Below the pieces are notes generated by a model. It was not told the DNA's origin, ran no database searches, and saw only the letters and a list, made by a program, of their open reading frames with translations. From Gemmatimonadota bacterium (GTDB lineage Bacteria > Gemmatimonadota > Gemmatimonadetes > Palauibacterales > Palauibacteraceae), in assembly GCA_963666735.1 (NCBI GenBank), contig OY762926.1, forward strand, positions 2,848,001 through 2,912,000: a stretch of DNA of 64,000 nt, written 5' to 3'. The translations under genes and the position numbers were made by a program. Below, piece after piece: positions 20,027 through 30,544 of the stretch; position 1 is the stretch's first letter, and every line of letters begins with the position of its first letter.

Positions 20027-21010
20027 ATGCGAGCAGCATGGTACACGAAACCGGGATCGGCATGTAACGTGCTGGAGGTGGGGGAGCGGGATACGCCGGT
20101 GCCCGGTCCCGGCGAGGTTCGGGTCCGCGTACGCGCCTCCGGAATCAACCCGGTCGACGTCAAGCGGCGCGCCGGCGGGCGCGGCGCGCCGGATTCCACC
20201 CTCGTGGTGCCGCACTTCGACTGCGCCGGGGTCATCGACCAGGTGGGCGATGGCGTCGATGCCGGCAGGCTAGGCAACCGCGTGTGGGTCTACGAGGCGC
20301 AGTGGGGGCGGAACCTCGGTACGGCGGCGGAGTTCACCACCGTCCCTGGGTCCCGGGCCGTCCCGCTCCCCCCGAATGCGACGTTCACGGAGGGCGCGTG
20401 TCTCGGCATCCCCGCCCTGACCGCGCATCGCTGCGTGTACGCCGACGGTCCCGTCGAGGGGCAGACCGTGCTCGTGACCGGCGGCGCGGGCGCGGTCGGC
20501 GCCTACGCGATCCAGTGCGCCAGGCTGGGGGGCGCCCGTGTCCTCTCCACCGTGAGCAGGGACGAAAAGGTGAGGATCGCCCGAGCGGCGGGCGCGGACG
20601 TCGTCATCAACTATCGTGAGGAGGATGTCGCGGCTCGCGTCTCGGAACTGACCGAGGGAGAAGGGCTCGACCGCATCGTCGAAGTCGAGATGGGCGGGAA
20701 TCTCGACGCCTCGATCGAAATGTTGAAGGCAAACGGGGTGATCTCCGCCTACGCCTCGGAGGGCGAACCCCAGCCGGCCGTCCCGTTCTACACGCTCCTC
20801 TACAAGAACCTCACGGTGCGCTTCGAACTCGTCTTCCTCATGCCCGAGGAGGCGAAGCAGAAGGCGGTGGAGGACCTCACCAAGTGGCTCGCCGAAGGGG
20901 AACTGCGCCACACGGTCGCGGAGCGCTTCGCGCTCGAGAACGTCGTGGCCGCTCACGAGGCCGTGGAAGCCGGTCCCCTTGGCAAGGTCCTGCTCGACCT
21001 CAATCTCTGA
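20027..21010 (+). CDS. NADPH:quinone reductase (MDR family)
   Basis: SGINPVDVKRRAG, VTGGAGAVG, GKVLL. Confidence 0.93.
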   Translation: MRAAWYTKPGSACNVLEVGERDTPVPGPGEVRVRVRASGINPVDVKRRAGGRGAPDSTLVVPHFDCAGVIDQVGDGVDAGRLGNRVWVYEAQWGRNLGTAAEFTTVPGSRAVPLPPNATFTEGACLGIPALTAHRCVYADGPVEGQTVLVTGGAGAVGAYAIQCARLGGARVLSTVSRDEKVRIARAAGADVVINYREEDVAARVSELTEGEGLDRIVEVEMGGNLDASIEMLKANGVISAYASEGEPQPAVPFYTLLYKNLTVRFELVFLMPEEAKQKAVEDLTKWLAEGELRHTVAERFALENVVAAHEAVEAGPLGKVLLDLNL

Positions 21011-21013
21011 CCC

Positions 21014-22246
21014 GTGAGGACCGTCGAACTCTTGACCTCGCGGCACGTTGCGGCGGTCCTGTCGGGCGCGGCATTCCTTGCATGCGAAGACGCCCCGGGC
21101 GGAGGCGACCCCGAAGCGCCGCTCGACCTGGGGACCGCATCCATCGAGATGCGGGGCGCCTCGGACTCGCTCGCGGTGGTTCGAGACCTCGAGGTCCTGG
21201 CCGATGGCTCCGTATGGGTTCTGAATTCGCGGGAGCCGTACTTCATGGGATTCGGTGCGGATGGCGGATCCCTCGGCGCGCACGGATCGCCCGGAGGAGG
21301 ACCCGACGAATTCCCGATGCCCTCGGCCTTCGTCGCGGGAGGTTGGGAGGGCGAGGCATGGGTCCTGGACCTCTTGCACCACGCGCTGATCCGGGTCTCG
21401 GGGCCCGCAGCGGAGTGGGAGCAGTTCTCCCTCGCGTCGACGCCGGTCCCCCGGGGCAGCGTGCGAAGCGGGATGAGCATGCTGGACGCCTCGGTGCGAA
21501 CGGCGAGACTCGGCCGCGAGATCATCGTGCCTCGCTCGACCGTGACCATGCAGGGGGGTGTGCTGCAGTTCCGTTTCGGGCTCCTGGGAGCCGATCTGAT
21601 GGCCGTGGATCCGGAGACCGGCGAAACGCGGACGCTCGTGGCGCTCGGCGAAGCCCTGGAAGATCCGTCGGGGGATTTCATCGCGAGCGACGGCGGTTTT
21701 CCCCTGTGGTACCGGCTGTGGGCTTCCTGTGGCGAGAATCTCGTGCGCGTCCACGACAGGGTCAGGAATCAGCTGCGCGGGTTCGACGGATCCGGTGTGG
21801 AGGTGGACCCCATCGACCTTCCGCCCGTGCCCTTCACGGAGGTCAGTCCGCGACAGTTTGCCGGAGCGGTGTTCGCGCTGAGGCAGGCCGAAGTGACGGG
21901 AGATGTCGCGACCAGGCTCAGCGAAGCGGACAGCCTGAGGCTCCTGAATCAGATGGCCGCTATGGTGCGGGGGGCGCCGCACGAACTCGCGAGCTACCTC
22001 CCCCGCTACGTCGACTTCCGCTGCAGTGAAGACGGGACGATGTGGCTGCAGCCTCTCGATCCGGATGCGGGTGGACTGGCCGGCGGCTCCCTGTGGCTGC
22101 GAATCGCGCCCGATGGCGCCACGCGCGATGTGCGACTGCCGGCGCGGTTCGACGCGCTTCGCTTCACGACTTCCCGGATCTGGGGCGTGTCGCGGGATGA
22201 GTTCGATCGCCCGGCCATCGCATCCCTCCCGCTTCCGGCGCGCTGA
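21014..22246 (+). CDS. Beta-propeller-like lipoprotein
   Basis: FLAC lipobox, HGSPGGGPDEF, C-terminal IWGVSRDEFDRP shared with other propeller paralogs here. Confidence 0.7.
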   Translation: MRTVELLTSRHVAAVLSGAAFLACEDAPGGGDPEAPLDLGTASIEMRGASDSLAVVRDLEVLADGSVWVLNSREPYFMGFGADGGSLGAHGSPGGGPDEFPMPSAFVAGGWEGEAWVLDLLHHALIRVSGPAAEWEQFSLASTPVPRGSVRSGMSMLDASVRTARLGREIIVPRSTVTMQGGVLQFRFGLLGADLMAVDPETGETRTLVALGEALEDPSGDFIASDGGFPLWYRLWASCGENLVRVHDRVRNQLRGFDGSGVEVDPIDLPPVPFTEVSPRQFAGAVFALRQAEVTGDVATRLSEADSLRLLNQMAAMVRGAPHELASYLPRYVDFRCSEDGTMWLQPLDPDAGGLAGGSLWLRIAPDGATRDVRLPARFDALRFTTSRIWGVSRDEFDRPAIASLPLPAR

Positions 22247-22286
22247 CGACACCTGCCACGCGTTCCCGCGGGAACGCCCGCTCGGA

Positions 22287-22553
22287 ATTCTCGCGGTTAC
22301 GAGATCCTCAAGCACGTGAAGCTGCTCTCCGGCGGTGATCTGGAGTGGTCCGACGGGATGCTCTACCCCGTCCTCCACCGGCTGGAGCGGGACGGCCCTC
22401 ATCGCCGGCCGCTGGGAACTCACCGATGGGGGACGGCGTCGCAAGTACTACCGGCTGACCGCTCGCGGAAAGCGCCAGTTGGCGACCGACCGCGAGAGTT
22501 GGCAGGCCGTGTACGGGGCCCTCCAGGTGTCCTGGGGAGGCAGCCATGCTTGA
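22287..22553 (+). pseudogene. PadR-family regulator, 5'-truncated and frameshifted
   Basis: GYEILKHV...GMLYPVLHRLERDG, then frameshift to RRRKYYRLTARG. Confidence 0.82.
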
Positions 22554-23122
22554 ATTTGAGCGTGAAGTCAGAAGTTGGCGCACGCAGGTGGAACGAAAGG
22601 TCTTCTCTCTCGCCTCGCGAACTGGATGAACTCGAAGATCACCCGCGCGCCCTGGTCGATCTGGAAATGGAACTGGACGCCACCCTCGCGCGACCCGAAG
22701 CGTTCGCGGTCGCCCGGGAAGCGCTCGGCGAGCCAAGGGCGCTCTCTACGGAGTCTGCCAGGGCCGGCCGGCCTCGATGGAAGCGTCTGCTTGCCGGTGC
22801 CTCGGCGCTGTACGCGGCATCGCTACTGCTGCCGATACTCATGACCCTCCCGATGCTGCTGGGCTCCCGGCGACCCGACCGGCGGTGGCTCCGGCGGATC
22901 CTCGGCGGCATGGGCGTAGCGAACCTGGGGCTGGGGATGTCTCGTGTCTTCAGTCCGGCACCCTTCCCGTACGAGGAGGCTGCCGTCGCGCACCAATACC
23001 CCGGCGCTGGCTACCGGCTGTGGTCCGCTTCGTTCGCTCTTGCGGCAGCCGCCCTCTGGCTCCGGGGCCGGAACTGGGCCGCGAGCGGATCGGCGGAATC
23101 GGTGGCCGAAGGGGCGGTGTAG
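22546..23122 (+). pseudogene. Degraded PadR-associated membrane protein (permease-prefix-like N-terminus)
   Basis: ELDELEDH...EAFAVAREALGEP followed by hydrophobic segments; start out of frame. Confidence 0.55.
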
Positions 23123-23227
23123 CAAAGGCCGGCTGGCCGGGCGATCTGCGTCGATGGTACATTTTCGAGTTGGTGTATCCCGGCGCCCCGCGGGGCGCGA
23201 CGCGGTTGTCCGGACGAGGTCTCGGCC

Positions 23228-25732
23228 ATGCGAACATCGCTTCTGCTGCTGGTCGCAGCGGGTGTGCTCCCGAGTCCCGTCGTCGGTCAGGAGGCTGACG
23301 GCGCGAGGGGGGCCGAGCATCTTCCGGCTACTTGGCCGCCAGCGGTCACGCGACTGGCCGGCCCGACATCAACGCCCGCGGCCGACACCCTCTCCGCCGA
23401 AGTAGCACAGGCCGTCGTCGCGGGTACGTGCATGCGCTGCCACAACCCGCGCCGGGTCAGCGGGGGCATGTCGCTCGAGACCTTCGAGGTGGCTTCGGCC
23501 GCCGACAATGCCGTGATCGCGGAGCGGATGGTGCGAAAACTGCGGGCCGGCATGATGCCGCCGGTCGGAGTGCGCCGCCCGACGCCCGACAGCCTGCGGA
23601 CGCTCGCGGCCGTCCTCGAATCCCGGCTCGACGCCGCGTGGGACGCCAACCCGAACCCGGGACGGCGGACCTTCCAGCGGCTGAACCGGGCCGAGTACTC
23701 GCGCTCGATTTACGATCTCCTCGACCTCGACATCGACGCCGGCGACTACCTGCCGCTCGATACGAAGAGCGCGAACTTCGACAACATCGCCGACGTCCAG
23801 TTGCTCTCCCCGACGCTCATGGACGGGTATCTGCGCGCGGCGAGCGAGATCAGCCGGCTCGCGGTCGGCGACCCCGAGGTCACGCCGAGCGAGGCCACGT
23901 TCCGGGTGTCGCGCTGGACCTCCCAGGCGGAGCACGTCGAGGGCACGCCGTACGGGAGCCGGGGCGGCGTGGCGGTGGACCACAACTTCCCGGCCGACGG
24001 GGAGTACGCGTTCCGCGTCTCCTTCCACCACGAGACGACCGGCGCCCTGTTCGGGAACGGGAAGGGGGCCCTGCACACGACCGACGAGCCCGAACGGATC
24101 GAGATCTCGATCAATGGCGAGCGGGTCGCGCTCCTCGACATCGACCGCTGGATGCACGTGTCGGATCCGGACGGCGTGAACCTTCGGACGGAGCCGGTCT
24201 TCATCGAGGCGGGTCCGCACCGGGTGGCGGCGGCCTTCATCCGCACCTTCGAGGGGCCGTCGCAGGACCTGATGTCGCCGCACGACTGGTCGATCGCGAG
24301 CACGAGCATCACGGACGCGTACGGGTTCACGACGCTGCCGCACCTGCGGGACCTCGCGGTGACAGGTCCCTTCGCCCCGGCGGGGATGTCCTCCACGCCG
24401 AGTCGCGAGCGCGTGTTCTCCTGCCGCCCCTCGGCGCCGGAGGAGGAGACGCCGTGCGCGGAAGCCATTCTCTCGCGGTTGGGGACGAGGGCCTACCGCC
24501 GGCCGCTGACGGACGACAACCTCGCCGCGCTCATGAATCTCTACCGCGCCGGGGCCGAAGCGGGCGGTTTCGAGGAGGGGATCCGGCTCGCGGTGGAGGG
24601 GATTCTCGCCAGCCCGCACTTCGTCTTCCGGTTCGAGGAGCGACCGGCGCGCGAAGCGGATGGCGTGTACGCGCTGGACGACTACGATCTCGCCTCGCGG
24701 CTCTCCTTCTTCCTCTGGGCCACGGGTCCGGACGACGAACTGATGGAGGTTGCCGCGGAGGGCCGGCTCTCCGACGCGGCGGTGCTCGACGCGCAGGTGC
24801 GCCGCATGCTGGCCGATCCGCGCGCCGCGGCGCTGGCCACGCGTTTCGCGGGACAGTGGTTCCGGCTGCAGGACCTCGAGGGCATGAACCCCGATGTCCG
24901 CCTCTATCCGGATTTCGACCAGCAGCTCAAGGAGGCGATGCACCGCGAGACGGAACTGCTCTTCCACACGCTGGTGCAGGAGGACCGGAGCCTGCTCGAA
25001 CTGCTGACGGCCGACTACACGTTCGTGAACGAGCGCCTCGCGCGGCACTACGGCATCCCCGGCGTGACGGGAACGGATTTCCGGAGGGTCGAGATCATCG
25101 AGCCCGAGCGGCGCGGCGTGCTGGGGCACGGCAGCATCCTCACCCTCACCTCGCACGCGAGCCGGACGTCCCCCGTCCTCCGCGGGAAGTGGGTGATGGA
25201 GGTGCTGCTGGGGACGCCTCCTCCTCCGCCCCCGCCGGACGTCTCCGACCTGGAGGCGACGCCGGAGGCCGAGGAGGGTCGCCTGCTCACGGTGCGGGAG
25301 CGACTGGAGATGCACCGGGCGAGCCCGGCCTGCCGTTCGTGCCACCGCGTGATCGATCCCATCGGTCTCGCGCTGGAGTACTTCGACGGCACCGGGGGGC
25401 GGCGCATCAAGGACAGCGGGATGCCGATCGACGCGCAGGGCGAACTCTACGACGGCACGCCGGTGACGAGCGCGGCGGATCTGCGCGCGGCGCTCCTCGC
25501 GCGGCCGGTGCCGCTCGTGCGCGCGTTCACCGAGAACCTGCTCGCCTACGCGCTGGGCCGGCGGGTCGAGTACTACGACATGCCGACCGTGCGCACCATC
25601 GCCCGGCAGGCGGCCGCACAGGACCACCGCATGTCCGCGTTCATCCTCGGCGTGGTCAACAGCCCGGCGTTCCGGTTGAAGGGGACCGAGGCCGTGGTCG
25701 ACGACATGCAAGCGGGATCCCAGGAGGACTGA
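23228..25732 (+). CDS. DUF1592/DUF1588/DUF1587-type multi-domain c-type cytochrome
   Basis: Signal peptide, CMRCH and CRSCH heme motifs, RLNRAEY, LASRLSFFLW, SPVLRGKWV. Confidence 0.9.
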   Translation: MRTSLLLLVAAGVLPSPVVGQEADGARGAEHLPATWPPAVTRLAGPTSTPAADTLSAEVAQAVVAGTCMRCHNPRRVSGGMSLETFEVASAADNAVIAERMVRKLRAGMMPPVGVRRPTPDSLRTLAAVLESRLDAAWDANPNPGRRTFQRLNRAEYSRSIYDLLDLDIDAGDYLPLDTKSANFDNIADVQLLSPTLMDGYLRAASEISRLAVGDPEVTPSEATFRVSRWTSQAEHVEGTPYGSRGGVAVDHNFPADGEYAFRVSFHHETTGALFGNGKGALHTTDEPERIEISINGERVALLDIDRWMHVSDPDGVNLRTEPVFIEAGPHRVAAAFIRTFEGPSQDLMSPHDWSIASTSITDAYGFTTLPHLRDLAVTGPFAPAGMSSTPSRERVFSCRPSAPEEETPCAEAILSRLGTRAYRRPLTDDNLAALMNLYRAGAEAGGFEEGIRLAVEGILASPHFVFRFEERPAREADGVYALDDYDLASRLSFFLWATGPDDELMEVAAEGRLSDAAVLDAQVRRMLADPRAAALATRFAGQWFRLQDLEGMNPDVRLYPDFDQQLKEAMHRETELLFHTLVQEDRSLLELLTADYTFVNERLARHYGIPGVTGTDFRRVEIIEPERRGVLGHGSILTLTSHASRTSPVLRGKWVMEVLLGTPPPPPPPDVSDLEATPEAEEGRLLTVRERLEMHRASPACRSCHRVIDPIGLALEYFDGTGGRRIKDSGMPIDAQGELYDGTPVTSAADLRAALLARPVPLVRAFTENLLAYALGRRVEYYDMPTVRTIARQAAAQDHRMSAFILGVVNSPAFRLKGTEAVVDDMQAGSQED

Positions 25733-27123
25733 TGGAGTTCATCACAGGGAAACACCTCTCTCGCCGGACCTTCCTCCGGGGCGCGGGGGCGACCGTCGCT
25801 CTGCCGCTGCTCGACGCGATGGTGCCGGCGGGCCGGCTGTGGGCGCGGGAGGTCGCGGATCCGACGCGGCTGGTCTGCATCGAGATGGTGCACGGCGCGG
25901 CGGGGAGCAGCGGGTTCGGGGCGGCACAGAACTACTGGTCGCCGGCGGCCACGGGCCGGGGATTCGACCTGTCGCCGACCGCGTTGAGTTCGCTCGAGCC
26001 GTACCGGGACTATCTCACGATCATCAGCGACACGGACGTCGAGACGGCGGAGGCGACGAAGCCGAAGGAGATCGGGGGGGACCACTTCCGGTCGAGCGCG
26101 ACGTTCCTCACGCAGTCGCACCCGAAGCAGACGGAGAGTTCGGACGTGCTCGTGGGGACCTCGCTGGACCAGCTCTACGCGCATCGCTTCGGGCAGGACA
26201 CGCCCATCCCGTCCATGCAGCTCTGCATCGAGAACGTCGACCAGGCGGGAGGCTGCGCGTACGGGTACGCGTGCGTCTACACGGATACGATCAGCTGGTC
26301 TTCGCCTACGCAGCCGCTGCCCATGATCCGGGATCCGCGCGTCGCGTTCGACCAGCTGTTCGGGGCGGGCGGAACGCCGGAGGCGCGCGCGGCGCGGCAG
26401 CGCTCGAGCGCCAGCATCCTCGACTTTCTCACCGGTGAGGTCGCGAGCCTCAAGGGGCGGCTCGACCCCTCCGACCGGCAGCGCATGGACCGGTATCTCG
26501 AGAACGTCCGGGAGATCGAGCGTCGCATCCAGCGGGTGGTGGCGCGCAACGAGTCGGGCGAGCGCCGGGACCTGCCGGAGGCGCCGGCGGGGGTGCCGGA
26601 TTCGTTCGATGAGCACGTGAAGCTGATGTTCGACCTACAGGCGCTCGCCTTCCAGGCGGACATGACGCGCGTGTTCTCGTTCAAGATGGGGCGGGACGCG
26701 TCGGGCCGGGTCTATCCGGAGAGCGGAATCGACAAGGGCTTCCACCCGGCGTCGCACCACGGCGACAACGAGAACAACATCACGGACTTCGCGCAGATCA
26801 ACCGCTATCATGTCGGGCTCGTCCCGTACTTCCTCGACCGGTTGAAGGAGTCGATGGAGGGGGACACGCACCTGCTCGACAAGACGATGATCGTCTACGG
26901 ATCGCCGATGGGGGATCCGAACGTGCACAACCACAAACGGTGCCCGCTCTTCGTGGTGGGGGGCGCGCAGGGGAGGATGGAAGGCAACCTGCACCTGCGG
27001 GCCGCGCCGGGGACGCCGATGGCGAACGTGATGTTGAGCCTCATGCACCGGTTGGGGATGGAGGACATGACGAGCTTCGGGAACAGCACCGGAGCGTTCC
27101 CGTTCGCGGAGACGGCGGATTGA
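25732..27123 (+). CDS. DUF1552 domain protein (Tat signal)
   Basis: LSRRTFLRGAGATVALPLLDAM, GTSLDQ, HPASHH; translationally coupled. Confidence 0.9.
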   Translation: MEFITGKHLSRRTFLRGAGATVALPLLDAMVPAGRLWAREVADPTRLVCIEMVHGAAGSSGFGAAQNYWSPAATGRGFDLSPTALSSLEPYRDYLTIISDTDVETAEATKPKEIGGDHFRSSATFLTQSHPKQTESSDVLVGTSLDQLYAHRFGQDTPIPSMQLCIENVDQAGGCAYGYACVYTDTISWSSPTQPLPMIRDPRVAFDQLFGAGGTPEARAARQRSSASILDFLTGEVASLKGRLDPSDRQRMDRYLENVREIERRIQRVVARNESGERRDLPEAPAGVPDSFDEHVKLMFDLQALAFQADMTRVFSFKMGRDASGRVYPESGIDKGFHPASHHGDNENNITDFAQINRYHVGLVPYFLDRLKESMEGDTHLLDKTMIVYGSPMGDPNVHNHKRCPLFVVGGAQGRMEGNLHLRAAPGTPMANVMLSLMHRLGMEDMTSFGNSTGAFPFAETAD

Positions 27124-28904
27124 TGCGGCGCGCGCGCTCGGTGGCCTTCGCGGCCGCGGCGCTGCTCGCGCTCGGGGCGGCGCCGCCGGCCGGGTCGCCG
27201 GCCGGGCTGGCCGGGCCGGATGCGCCGGTGGCCGACGCGGCCATGCGCGGCGATCTGGACGCCGTGCGGTCGCTGCTCGCCGCGGGGGAGGACGTGAACG
27301 ACGCCCGGGGCGACGGCATGACGGCACTCCACTGGGCCGCGATGAAGGGACGGCTCGACGTGGCCCAAGTGCTGATCGAGGCGGGCGCGGACCTTGGAGC
27401 GGGCACGCGGCTGGGCGGGCACGCGCCGCTCCACGTTGCGAGCCGGGCGGCGCACGCGCCGCTCGTCGAGGCGCTGTTGGAGGCGGGAGCCGACGCCCTC
27501 GCCGCGACGTCGACCGGCGCGACCGCGCTGCACTTCGCGGCCGCCGCCGGGTCGCCGGATGCGGTCGCGGCGCTGCTGCGCCACGGTGCCGATCCGAATG
27601 CCCGGGAGCCCGAATGGGGCCAGACGCCGCTCATGTTCGCCGCGGCGGCGGGCCGGGCCGGCTCGGCGAGTGCCCTCGTCGACGCGGGGGCCGACGTTTC
27701 GCTCACCGCCTACGTGCTCGACATCGTGGCGCGCGACGCGTGGGACCAGCTCGACCGCCGCGAACGCAATGCCCGCGTGGCCGCGCTCCGGGCGGGCCGC
27801 GCGCCGCCGCCCGCGAACGAGCGTGAGCCGGCCCCCGGGCCGACCGCCGCGCCCGGCTCCGGCCCCCAGCCCGTGCGGCTGGCGGACCCCGAGGAGCCGG
27901 CCTGCTCCGGCTGCCTGGGCAACTACGCCGACCTCGTCGGTACGCACGGCGGGCTGACCGCGCTGCTGCTCGCGGCCCGCGAAGGCCACCGCGACGCGGC
28001 GCTGGCGCTGCTCGACGAGGGTGCGGACATCGACCAGCGGAGCGCCGCGGACGACACGACCCCGCTGCTCATCGCGATGATCAACGGGCACTTCGACCTC
28101 GCGATGGAACTTTTCGCGCGGGGCGCCGACCCCACCTTGGCGAGCGATGCGGGGGCCACCCCGCTGTACGCGGCGCTCAACATGCACTGGGCCCCGAAGG
28201 CGCGGCATCCGCAGCCCACCGACGTGCATCAGCAGGCGTGGTCTTATCTCGACGTCATGCGAACGCTGCTCGAGGCGGGCGTAGACCCGAACCCGCGGCT
28301 CAGGAAGTCGCTCTGGTTCACGACCTACAATCGTGATCTGCTCGGGGTCGACCGCACCGGCGCCACGCCCTTCTGGCGCGCCGCGCACGCGCTCGACATC
28401 GACGCCATGAAGCTGCTCCTGGAGTACGGGGCCGATCCCGCGATTCCGACGGCGAAGGTGCCGGAGCGGCGTTACGGCCGGGGCGGAGACGACATCGATC
28501 ATTCCGGTCTCGATCCGATCCCCGTCGGGGGACCGGCCGTCCATCCGATCCATGCGGCGGCCGGCGTCGGCTACGGGCAGGGCTTCGCCGGTAACTCGCA
28601 CCGCCATGTGCCGGACGGCTGGCTACACGCCATGAAGTTCCTCGTCGAGGAACTCGGCGCCGACGTGAACGCGCGCGACCACAACGGGTACACGCCCGCC
28701 CACCACGCCGCCTCGCGCGGCGACAACGAGATGATCCTCTATCTCGTCGAGCAGGGCGCCGACGTGACGCTCGTGGCCCGTAACGGACAGACCACGGTGG
28801 ACCTGGCGAACGGGCCGGTGCAGCGGGTGCAGCCGTTCCCGGAGACGATCGTCCTCCTCGAGAGCCTCGGCGCGAGGAACAACCACCGCTGCGTCTCCTG
28901 CTGA
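27123..28904 (+). CDS. Secreted ankyrin-repeat protein
   Basis: Multiple G.T(P/A)LH.AA repeats, signal peptide, C-terminal CVSC. Confidence 0.92.
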   Translation: MRRARSVAFAAAALLALGAAPPAGSPAGLAGPDAPVADAAMRGDLDAVRSLLAAGEDVNDARGDGMTALHWAAMKGRLDVAQVLIEAGADLGAGTRLGGHAPLHVASRAAHAPLVEALLEAGADALAATSTGATALHFAAAAGSPDAVAALLRHGADPNAREPEWGQTPLMFAAAAGRAGSASALVDAGADVSLTAYVLDIVARDAWDQLDRRERNARVAALRAGRAPPPANEREPAPGPTAAPGSGPQPVRLADPEEPACSGCLGNYADLVGTHGGLTALLLAAREGHRDAALALLDEGADIDQRSAADDTTPLLIAMINGHFDLAMELFARGADPTLASDAGATPLYAALNMHWAPKARHPQPTDVHQQAWSYLDVMRTLLEAGVDPNPRLRKSLWFTTYNRDLLGVDRTGATPFWRAAHALDIDAMKLLLEYGADPAIPTAKVPERRYGRGGDDIDHSGLDPIPVGGPAVHPIHAAAGVGYGQGFAGNSHRHVPDGWLHAMKFLVEELGADVNARDHNGYTPAHHAASRGDNEMILYLVEQGADVTLVARNGQTTVDLANGPVQRVQPFPETIVLLESLGARNNHRCVSC

Positions 28905-28977
28905 CCGCGAGCCCTCGACGACTCGTGACGAGAACCCATCAACAAGACCGGCGAACTCGGGCCGGCCTGACCTGACC

Positions 28978-30531
28978 ATGCCGGATACCGCTACTGTCTG
29001 GGAACTGCTCGCGGGCGGTTCGGGGGAGAGTCCCGCCATCGCCGCCCCCTCACGCGAACCGCTGAGCTACGACGGCCTCCGCCGCCAGGTCCAGGCGACT
29101 GTCCGCACCCTCAACGGCTTCGGCATCGGGCGGAACGATCGTGTGGCGATCGTCCTCCCGAACGGGCCCGAGATGGCAACCGCCTTCGTCTCGGTGGCGT
29201 GCGCGGCCACGGCCGCACCGTTGAATCCGGCCTACCGGCAGCCCGAGTTCGAGTTCTATCTCGAGGACCTCAGCGCGAAGGCCCTCATCCTCGAAGCAGG
29301 AAGCGACTCGCCGGCGCGAGCCGCGGCCGTAGAACTGGGGATCCCGATTTTCGAGTCAGGTGCCGACCTAGAGGCCCCGGCCGGGACGTTCGACTGCGCG
29401 CGGGAGGGATCCGGCGGGAACGGAACCAACGGCGCGAACTCGACGGGGGAGGGCCTCCGGGACGGCTTGGCGGAAGCGGATGACATTGCGCTCATCCTCC
29501 ATACTTCGGGGACCACGTCCCGTCCCAAGATGGTGCCGCTCACGCACCGGAACGTGTGCGCCTCCGCAGTCAACGTTCAGCATACGCTGCGGCTCACCGC
29601 GGAGGACTGCTGTCTGAACGTGATGCCGCTGTTCCACATCCACGGACTGATCGCGGCGGTCCTCGCACCGCTCGGCACCGGGGGCTCAATCTTCTGTACC
29701 CCCGGCTTCAATGCGCTCCGTTTCTTCGCGTGGCTCGACGAGTCGCGGCCCACCTTCTATACGGCCGTTCCCACCATGCACCAGGCGATCCTGGCACGGG
29801 CCCCGAGGAACCGCGACGCGATCGATCGGGCGAACCTGCGCTTCATCCGCTCGGCCTCCGCCCCCCTCTTGCGGCAGGTGATGGCGGAGCTCGAGGAGAC
29901 GTTCGGCGCCCCCGTGGTGGAGGCGTACGCGATGACCGAGGCGGCGCACCAGATGACGTGCAATCCCCTTCCGCCCGCGCCACGCAAGCCGGGGACAGTG
30001 GGGATCGCCGCGGGCCCCGAGGTGTCGGTGATGGACGAGGCCGGAGCGCTCCTGCCGGCGGGCGAGGTGGGGGAGATCGTCATCCGCGGCGCGAACGTCA
30101 GCGACGGCTACGAGAACAACCCCGCCGCGAACGCCGAAGCCTTCACGAACGGCTGGTTCCGGACGGGGGACCAGGGGGTGATGGACGACGAGGGCTACCT
30201 CAGGATCACCGGACGCCTGAAGGAGATCATCAACCGCGGGGGCGAGAAGATCTCGCCGCGCGAGATCGACGAGGCGATCCTCGACCACCCGGCGGTGCGG
30301 CAGGTCGTGGCGTTCGCGGTGCCGCACCCGAAGCTGGGCGAGGACATCGCGGCCGCCGCGGTGCTCCGCGAGGGGATGGAGGCGACGCCGCGCGAGCTTC
30401 AGGCGTTCGCGGCGGAGCGCCTCGCCGACTTCAAGGTCCCCCGGAAGATCCTCCTCATGGACGACATCCCCAAAGGTCCGACCGGCAAACTCCAGCGCAT
30501 CGGCATGGCCGAGAAGCTCGGCCTGACCTGA
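28978..30531 (+). CDS. Acyl-CoA synthetase, oxalate-CoA ligase-like
   Basis: LHTSGTTSRPK, MPLFHIHGL, EAYAMTEAAHQM, GWFRTGDQG, KGPTGKLQR. Confidence 0.88.
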   Translation: MPDTATVWELLAGGSGESPAIAAPSREPLSYDGLRRQVQATVRTLNGFGIGRNDRVAIVLPNGPEMATAFVSVACAATAAPLNPAYRQPEFEFYLEDLSAKALILEAGSDSPARAAAVELGIPIFESGADLEAPAGTFDCAREGSGGNGTNGANSTGEGLRDGLAEADDIALILHTSGTTSRPKMVPLTHRNVCASAVNVQHTLRLTAEDCCLNVMPLFHIHGLIAAVLAPLGTGGSIFCTPGFNALRFFAWLDESRPTFYTAVPTMHQAILARAPRNRDAIDRANLRFIRSASAPLLRQVMAELEETFGAPVVEAYAMTEAAHQMTCNPLPPAPRKPGTVGIAAGPEVSVMDEAGALLPAGEVGEIVIRGANVSDGYENNPAANAEAFTNGWFRTGDQGVMDDEGYLRITGRLKEIINRGGEKISPREIDEAILDHPAVRQVVAFAVPHPKLGEDIAAAAVLREGMEATPRELQAFAAERLADFKVPRKILLMDDIPKGPTGKLQRIGMAEKLGLT

Positions 30532-30544
30532 CCGGGGGCGGCTG

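Noticed and set aside
23332..25731. Long N-terminal extension of the 1263-aa ORF (apparent fusion)
   Set aside because: Out-of-frame overlap with DUF1592; the real DUF1552 start is ATG 25732 with AGGAGG RBS and Tat signal.
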